Below are positions 57,741 through 64,000 of a stretch of DNA of 64,000 nucleotides, one piece after another. The position numbers and the translations under genes were made by a program. The notes under the pieces are model-generated. The model saw only the letters and a list, made by a program, of their open reading frames with translations, made no database searches and was not told where the DNA came from. Source of the DNA: Coniocarpon cinnabarinum (lineage: Eukaryota); the NCBI GenBank assembly GCA_051942205.1, contig JAVECO010000012.1, positions 124,001-188,000 on the forward strand, given 5' to 3'. The first letter of the stretch is position 1. The number at the start of each line of letters is the position of its first letter.

Positions 57741-58977
57741 CTACCTCATCACTCTTCCAGGTGGGTCTCGATAGTCCTCTGCAGGCAGCTCTGATACATC
57801 TCCTTTGTTGATCGGTTCTGCTCCCATCCCAGTCTCTTGATCTCGCGGCGCCTCTAAGATCTGATTATCCGACGGTGCTTCTGCTACGTCTTGATTTCTT
57901 TGCTCTTCAACACCCAGCATTTCTTCTTTCCGATCAACGGTAGCCCCTGTTCCTGAGAGACCATCATATAGTGGAAGTGGCTCATGCTCGTTACTTACTG
58001 CCTTTCTCCGTCTTCGCCAAAAGAACAAGCCTAATGTGACGATGAGTATGATGGCAGCAAGACCCCCGATTGCGCCACCGACAGCTGCACCGACGTTTGT
58101 GGACGACGGAGACGAAGTTGGTGGCGACGGTGAAGACGAATTTGAGGACGGGTGTGAGGCGTTGTGAGGTTGGCTGGCCGTGAAGCCAGATGAGACCTGC
58201 GACACTCAGTCCCCATCCAGAACCAGAGAAAAGGCCGAAGCAACACTTACCGTTGAGAAAGAACGATCATTGATCTTCGCGGCGCTGCGAAACTGCCAAT
58301 GCATCTGCCCAATGTTCCCTGCGCCTGCTTCTCCCATATTCAAATAACTACCTGGTGCTTTACCACTTGTGTCTAGAGCCAGGCGCCAATTGGTGCCGTT
58401 GTCTTCATTGGAGAGGTATGAGCTGATGCCGTCACCACTCGGTTGCACAGTCCACACGGCATTTAGACCTGTCACATTGGTGACGCCCACGCCCGTGGAA
58501 CTACATTCGTCGCCGCAATTTCCAAAGATGGACTGCTGCAGTGACGCGAGCCAGACATTGGGCTTCGCATTGGCGGGCCGCAGGATGAACTGCGACGAGT
58601 TCTGAGGGGAGGGAAAGAATTGCTGTCTTCGCGTCAGTTGCGGTGGATTTGATCGAGGTTGTTAGATGGCAGACGCCATGCCTTAGACATACCCAGTTGA
58701 AGGATGCGTCAGGTTCGGAGTCGTTGTAGGGTGACGTGTATGCAGATCCATACGGCCCGCCTGTGGCGAAGAAGTAGTTTCCACTTGACTTGAGGGCATT
58801 GCCGTCGGAGGCGTTGAAGCGTATGTTGTACTAAACGGCAAGGTCAATGAAGGTTCAACGTGAGTGGATCTACGTCAGGCATTCTGAAGAAGGGCGACGC
58901 CAGGGCGTTGCTGATGTTAGGCATTGGTCGTGAAAGGTGGATGCTAAGATGACCGCGAAGAAGGCGATGAGGTGCAT
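57741..58977 (-). CDS. Type I membrane protein: putative beta-trefoil (ricin-B-like) ectodomain, Ser/Pro stalk, TM helix, cytoplasmic tail
   Basis: Signal-like MHLIAFFAVILAS; exons with NW|QFF, WTVQPSGDG, NGTNWRL, WQFRSAAKINDRSFST; intron 58197-58250; TM VGAAVGGAIGGLAAIILIVTLGLFFW then RRRRK. The first splice junction could not be placed in frame. Confidence 0.65.
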
Positions 58978-59441
58978 CTGAATCAAAGCCTTTTAAAGCC
59001 TACTAATAAGAATTGACTCACCCAAACGTTCTTGTCGAACAACGACATAATGCTCAGTCAAGAACAATGCCCAAAAGAGAACAGCAAGCAAATCCGCTAG
59101 GAATCTACAACAACATAAGGAAACCTTAGGAAGCAACAGAGGCTAGAACACGATGAAACAGACACAAGGAAAGGAAAGACAGAATCAAGGGCAGGCTTCA
59201 CACGCCAGATACTTCGCTCTTGCCGCACGCGTGCCGTGCCATTGGGGGGCGGTGGTGGCAGACGAGACGGGCCTCGAATGCGGCCCCATGATGTCGTCCA
59301 CGGCACTGCGGTGGCCTGGATTTGTTCGTCACACCATGCGCCACACAACATAAAATTAGCTATCCGTAGACTTTGAGTGGTCCTAGCGTAACCGCACTCG
59401 TCGCAAGGGTGTTGCGCTTGGGGCCGAACGCTGAATGGCAC

Positions 59442-59600
59442 GCGAGATGGAGCAGGACCGGCTGGGTGGTCTCACGCGCTCTCTCCTTCCCCTCTCATCG
59501 AAAGAGTGCTGCACCTGTTACCGAAGGCGGAATTGCATCACCGAGTAGGTAGAAGGCGAGATGGAGCAGGTCCGGCGGTGCTGGTCACACGCGCTCTGTC
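59442..59600. repeat. Imperfect ~45-bp direct repeat (59442-59485 and 59556-59600)
   Basis: gcgagatggagcaggaccggctgggtggtctcacgcgctctctc versus gcgagatggagcaggtccggcggtgctggtcacacgcgctctgtc. Confidence 0.85.
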
Positions 59601-60417
59601 GCTTATTCCCCAACCCCAACATGAATGCCTCGCCGACGGCCGGGGGCCTCGTACTGAGATCCGTCATTGGATAAAGATGGAACGAAACAGCCGAAATACG
59701 CTGGGAGTCGAATATATGCCGCACGCTAGTACAGATTGGGACGTGTGTGCCGCCTGCCAAGACTTTTGGCAAGGACAGACGAGGCGCAAGGCGTTTTCGC
59801 TATAATACCAACGACTGGACTCCAGCAACGAAGCCTGAGCGTGACCTTCGTTAGAGTCGTAGTCACTGCACCAAGCACGTTGCACCTCGGTTTACCGCCA
59901 CGACCAGCAAGCACTCCTCAACGTCAATGTGGCCGGTAGTAACCGTGTGCCGTGAGCATAGGACACGCAGGCTGTGATGGCAATGGCATTGGTAGCGGAA
60001 GCGCCACGGAAAGAGAAAAACAACTGCGGAGAACAGCACTGAGGAGAGAAGCATCCTCCGCTGGGGCTCAAAGTTGGATGGGAAGGGCATGAGGCACGGT
60101 CTCTCTGTCGTTGAATCCTCCTCCTCCTTTCACGCTTGCCAAGACCGGGGCGACCTTCGCTAAACACTCACGACACGCCTAGAAATTATCAGCTCACTCG
60201 AGCAGAAGCATACTTAGTATATGGTTAAAAAGTTGGATTCAGAAACAACAGTCTCCAGAAAGTCTTGAAATTTCGTGAATATCATGTAATATTTACACTG
60301 TGGTATTTGCGCCACGATTCTTCGTACTGCACCTTGATCTGTGGTGGCAAGTCATTGCTCTGGGTATGTGTGACTGCTCTGCAAGGTCTTCTCTGTCACT
60401 CTTCACGGTTGATCGAC

Positions 60418-61344
60418 TTAGTCCAGGAGCGAGGGTTCAAGCAGCGAGAACTGCCCAGTGCGCCCTTGGAGTTCTTTAGCGTATTGCTCCCGCCGAGCCT
60501 TGTATATCACATCATAGCACTCCTGCGGCAACTCCTCCAAGATTTCGGCGTCATGCTCTGGGTCCCACTCTTCGAATGGCCGACGCCCGACTTTCTCCGC
60601 CGCGGCCTTCTTCGTTTTCATCGGAAAGTCTGTCGTCCATAGAAGCGAAAGCTCATCCAACGATAGCCCATATCCTGCGTGGAATTAGATATTGCAGGAG
60701 CGAGTAGCATTGACGCTGGCGCCAGACTTACCGTCTGTGCTGAGTCCCCTGACCTTACACTCGAACCGTCTTCTGATTTGGCCACAAGTGCCCAGTCTGC
60801 GCAAGCATTGCCAGGCCGTGAGTACGTATTCGAGGTCGATGTCTGGCATGTCGTCCGTGAGCTGAATGCTCAATTTCCTCGTAGCCAGTGGGATGTCCAG
60901 TTTATGTGCTGCATGGAAGAGCGACATCAACTCTTCACATTTCAAATTGCGGGCAAAGATTCCAGCTGTGCCATTGTCTGGTAGTTTATCTACCTTGCTG
61001 CATGTGGTTATCATCCACTGCAACAGCTTCTTGACGCTGAGCGGCGTATGGCCTGTGATGAGCCATACGTAGAGGCTTCTTTGTGTACGATCATCTTCAT
61101 CGGCGAGGGATTCCGTGCTGCTTGGATTTGCTGGTGACAGGGGGGTCGTTTGCATCCTGGGTCGAATGGCCTTGCTGGCACTGCCGCTGAATGTATCAAG
61201 TACGTTCTTTGATACTGCGGCAAATACCAGCGAGTATGGTCCGGTTGTCTCGACGCGGGCGTACACGTCGACCTTTTCATCGCTTTGGAGAAGATCCTTT
61301 CGCTCTCTCGACGTCATTGAAATGAGGATATCAATGTTTGCCAT
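60418..61344 (-). CDS. Hypothetical protein, possibly a highly divergent BTB-like fold, 2 exons
   Basis: Intron 60675-60731 joins two ORFs in frame; VSKNVLDTFS, SVKKLLQWM and LFHAAHKLDIP echo BTB helix spacing. Confidence 0.55.
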
Positions 61345-61873
61345 TGCCTGATACAACGTTAGTTATGACTTGAGTGGTTTTTCTACTAGTTCGGCAAAAT
61401 GTGCAGTGAATGAAGAGAAAGAAAGGTTTGGGAAGGGCAGAGAGTTTTTTTGTAAGCTCACTCAGGTCGCCTGACCAGTCCAAGGTGGAAGGCAAAGGCA
61501 AAAGTTTCGCTCTTGATGCAGCATTACGCAAGAGACCCACCTGCTCACCCCATTACCTCCCCTATTTCCAACTCAGTAGCCATCCCTTCCACCAAACGAC
61601 TCTAAATGAAGGCTAAGGAAGGATGAATCGTTCAGAGTTGAACGAGTGGGCAAGATTGAAGAGTAAAAAAAGGTTTTTCCGGGCGAGCTGCAGGCAGCCT
61701 TGACATCGAAAGTCAACAAACACGTTCAAAATGAGTGGACGTGCTCGTTAGAATCTTCTGTTTAAACTCGCGTTAGGCAACACCCCTTGGTCCGCTGCCC
61801 CGCCGGGAGCTATTATCACCATGCAAAGAGCGGTTCGCACATAGTCTGAAGTGGCGAACATGTGCATTTCTAC

Positions 61874-63995
61874 TTAGGAGCCTTGGTAAAGGTCTTTCTC
61901 CACCATGTCCCTGCAGATGGGATGGTAGAAATCTTTGTTCTTTTCAAAGGTGCTGATTGCCAAATTCACATCGACTTTCTTCAGCTGTCGGTAAAGCGGT
62001 CGCACGAACTTCATGCGGCCAACCTGAGCAAGCAGAGTCGTAGTCTTAGGGATCACTTCGTCATCTCCAGCCATCATCCCGATCCGGTAATATCGACTGG
62101 TAAGCTCAACGTTCTTGCTGTCTAGAAGGCCATAAGCCAAGCCCATCTCATGCGCATCAGCTGGTTTCAGAGGTCTGTCGAAGAGTTGTACAGCCTCCAA
62201 AAATACCACCAGCTGGCCTGAATTCCAACCTTGAATGTCTGAGTGATGTGGCTTGAACTTGGTTGACGACGACGGAGTGAGAGTGCGCCACTTTTCAGCC
62301 AGTGCGTAACATACTTTGGCCTTGGAATCATCGAAATGAGGCTTGATGGGGAATCCCGGGTTGTAGAACCATGCGTCCCAGTCGACTTTGGACAGCTTTT
62401 CAGAGGCCCCGCTACCACCGGCAAAGAAGTCTAACAACGTGGTCTTGAAGTCGTAAGAGTCCAGAGACTTAAACTTCCACGTGGCAAAGTAATGTGGAAT
62501 GAAGCGATCCCACTGTTGCTGACCAAGCAGAGTTTCCAGGAACATCAGGAATGCAAAGCCTTTTTCGTATGGTATGGACGAGAAAGCATCATCTGGGTCC
62601 TTGCCTTTCAGGTCTGGAATGAGCTTAGTGTATTCGTTATCCTCACCAAATTCATGGATGCTGTCAGTAAGAGCTTTCCACCCGATGATGGCCGAGAAGC
62701 CTCGAGCTGCTTCCCCTCCATTCACGGCCGCCTGTATCCTGCGCTCGATATAAGTTGTCCAGCCTTCGTTGAGCCAGAAATGCTCCCATGAAGCTGTGCT
62801 GACGAGGTTGCCACTCCAGCTATGGGCTAGCTCGTGTGCGATGGTGTCAATGTTTTGTTTGTCACCGGAGAAAGTCGTCGGTGTCAGGTAAGTGTAGATT
62901 GGGTTTTCCATGCCGCCATATGGAAAGCTTGGAGGTAATACAAGTGCATTGTAAGTTCCCCATGCATAGGGGTAGATCAGCTGCTCGACAGTCTGCAGAT
63001 ACTTTTCCACGTCTCCTTCCATTTCCCATTTGAAGTCATCCAGCTCAGGCGGACCCGTCCAGATGCTGCTTCGTGGGCCGACTGACGCGCTTACTATGTC
63101 GCCGCTCGCTACTGCGAACAGATAGCTTGGAATAGGCACCTGCTGCTCAAATGTATAGATTTTATCGCCAGACGAGTCCGTAGATGGAGCAGTGTCCTGT
63201 GGTAAACCGCTGGCCAGTGTCTGAAGCGGTGACTGGATCTTGAAGGAGAATGTTGATTTGACGTCAGGCGTATCTTGACATGGGAAGACAGATCGAGCGT
63301 GTATTGCCTTATAAAATCAGCGTCGGTCTTCGTGAACACAGCATGAAGATACAAGTCCGACACGTCTCGTGCGAGAAAGGACCCAGTAATAACATAAGCC
63401 TTACCTGACATTGCGACTACAATGAGGCCTGTCAGCTCGCTGCCATCATGTCAAGAAGGCTATACAGGCACGTACAAATATGTATGGATGTTTCTTATTC
63501 GATGTCTGGGCAGGAGACAGCCATTGCAAAGCCGTGCACTTCTCTGTGGTTGACGTTGAAATCTGCACCGGTTTCATCAATCTCTTACCTTGCGCGTCGA
63601 CGGACATCAATCAAGTCTTACATCTACCTCAATTTCTTGACCTTTCTTGGTCCCACTTGATAGTCTGATGGACAGTGGGCTTCCATATGGCTCAACACGA
63701 GACGCTACGTGCCAAGAAGGCTTGGTTCCGTCCACCGTAACCTCTTGTACGTCGAGGTAACTACCACGGTCAATCAGGGGGACAGCACGATGCATGGCTA
63801 GTATTACCTCGTGTCTAGAACGATTTCATTGGTCTCGGCTTCCGTGATTGATAGCAGCCTCAATTTCACCTTGCCAACGAGTGCTTTCCGAGTAAAATCA
63901 ATACGAAAATCAACGGCTGTATGCTGTGTTCTCCAGTTGTTATAGTTAGAGAGTGTGTTTGGGTCTCGTGGAGTATTAATGGAAATATCCGGCAT
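61874..63995 (-). CDS. LAP2: Leukotriene A4 hydrolase / M1 leucine aminopeptidase
   Basis: RDPNTLSNY start; PYIF|SQCQ|AIHARS with a 12-nt exon at 63405-63416; PYGGMEN, HELAHSW...LNEG, PYEKG, GRMKFVRPLY; introns include 63761-63807 and 63563-63621. Confidence 0.97.
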
Positions 63996-64000
63996 AGGTC

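Noticed and set aside
63405..63416. 12-nt SQCQ microexon in LTA4 hydrolase as a novelty
   Set aside because: It encodes core conserved residues, so it is most likely constitutive; recorded under the gene feature.

Overview
Eukaryotic, intron-rich DNA from a filamentous ascomycete (Pezizomycotina-type GT-AG introns of about 50-280 nt with CTRAC-like branch points). Conserved genes alternate with lineage-specific islands. Conserved genes: HAD phosphatase PHO13-like (87-1841), secreted GH47 alpha-1,2-mannosidase, an intracellular LysM protein, a compact housekeeping block at 34.2-47.5 kb (TIP41, Aurora kinase, ATP23, PRO1, ATP19, an SDR, MTP18, a probable sororin-like protein, GVP36) and leukotriene A4 hydrolase at the right end. 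Accessory regions: (i) a RIP-like repeat relic with several minisatellites at 7.8-11 kb; (ii) a 1.3-kb strongly self-complementary non-coding locus at 17.1-18.5 kb with duplicated modules; (iii) a 15.5-kb island of tandem divergent F-box-like genes followed by four tandem BTB/POZ paralogues, one with TGA at an otherwise invariant Trp; (iv) small C2H2 zinc-finger genes built with symmetric 12-15 nt microexons; (v) a second structured non-coding stretch at 59.1-60.2 kb. All gene models, alignments and helices were derived by eye; no searches or folding programs were run. No rRNA, tRNA or CRISPR array was seen.
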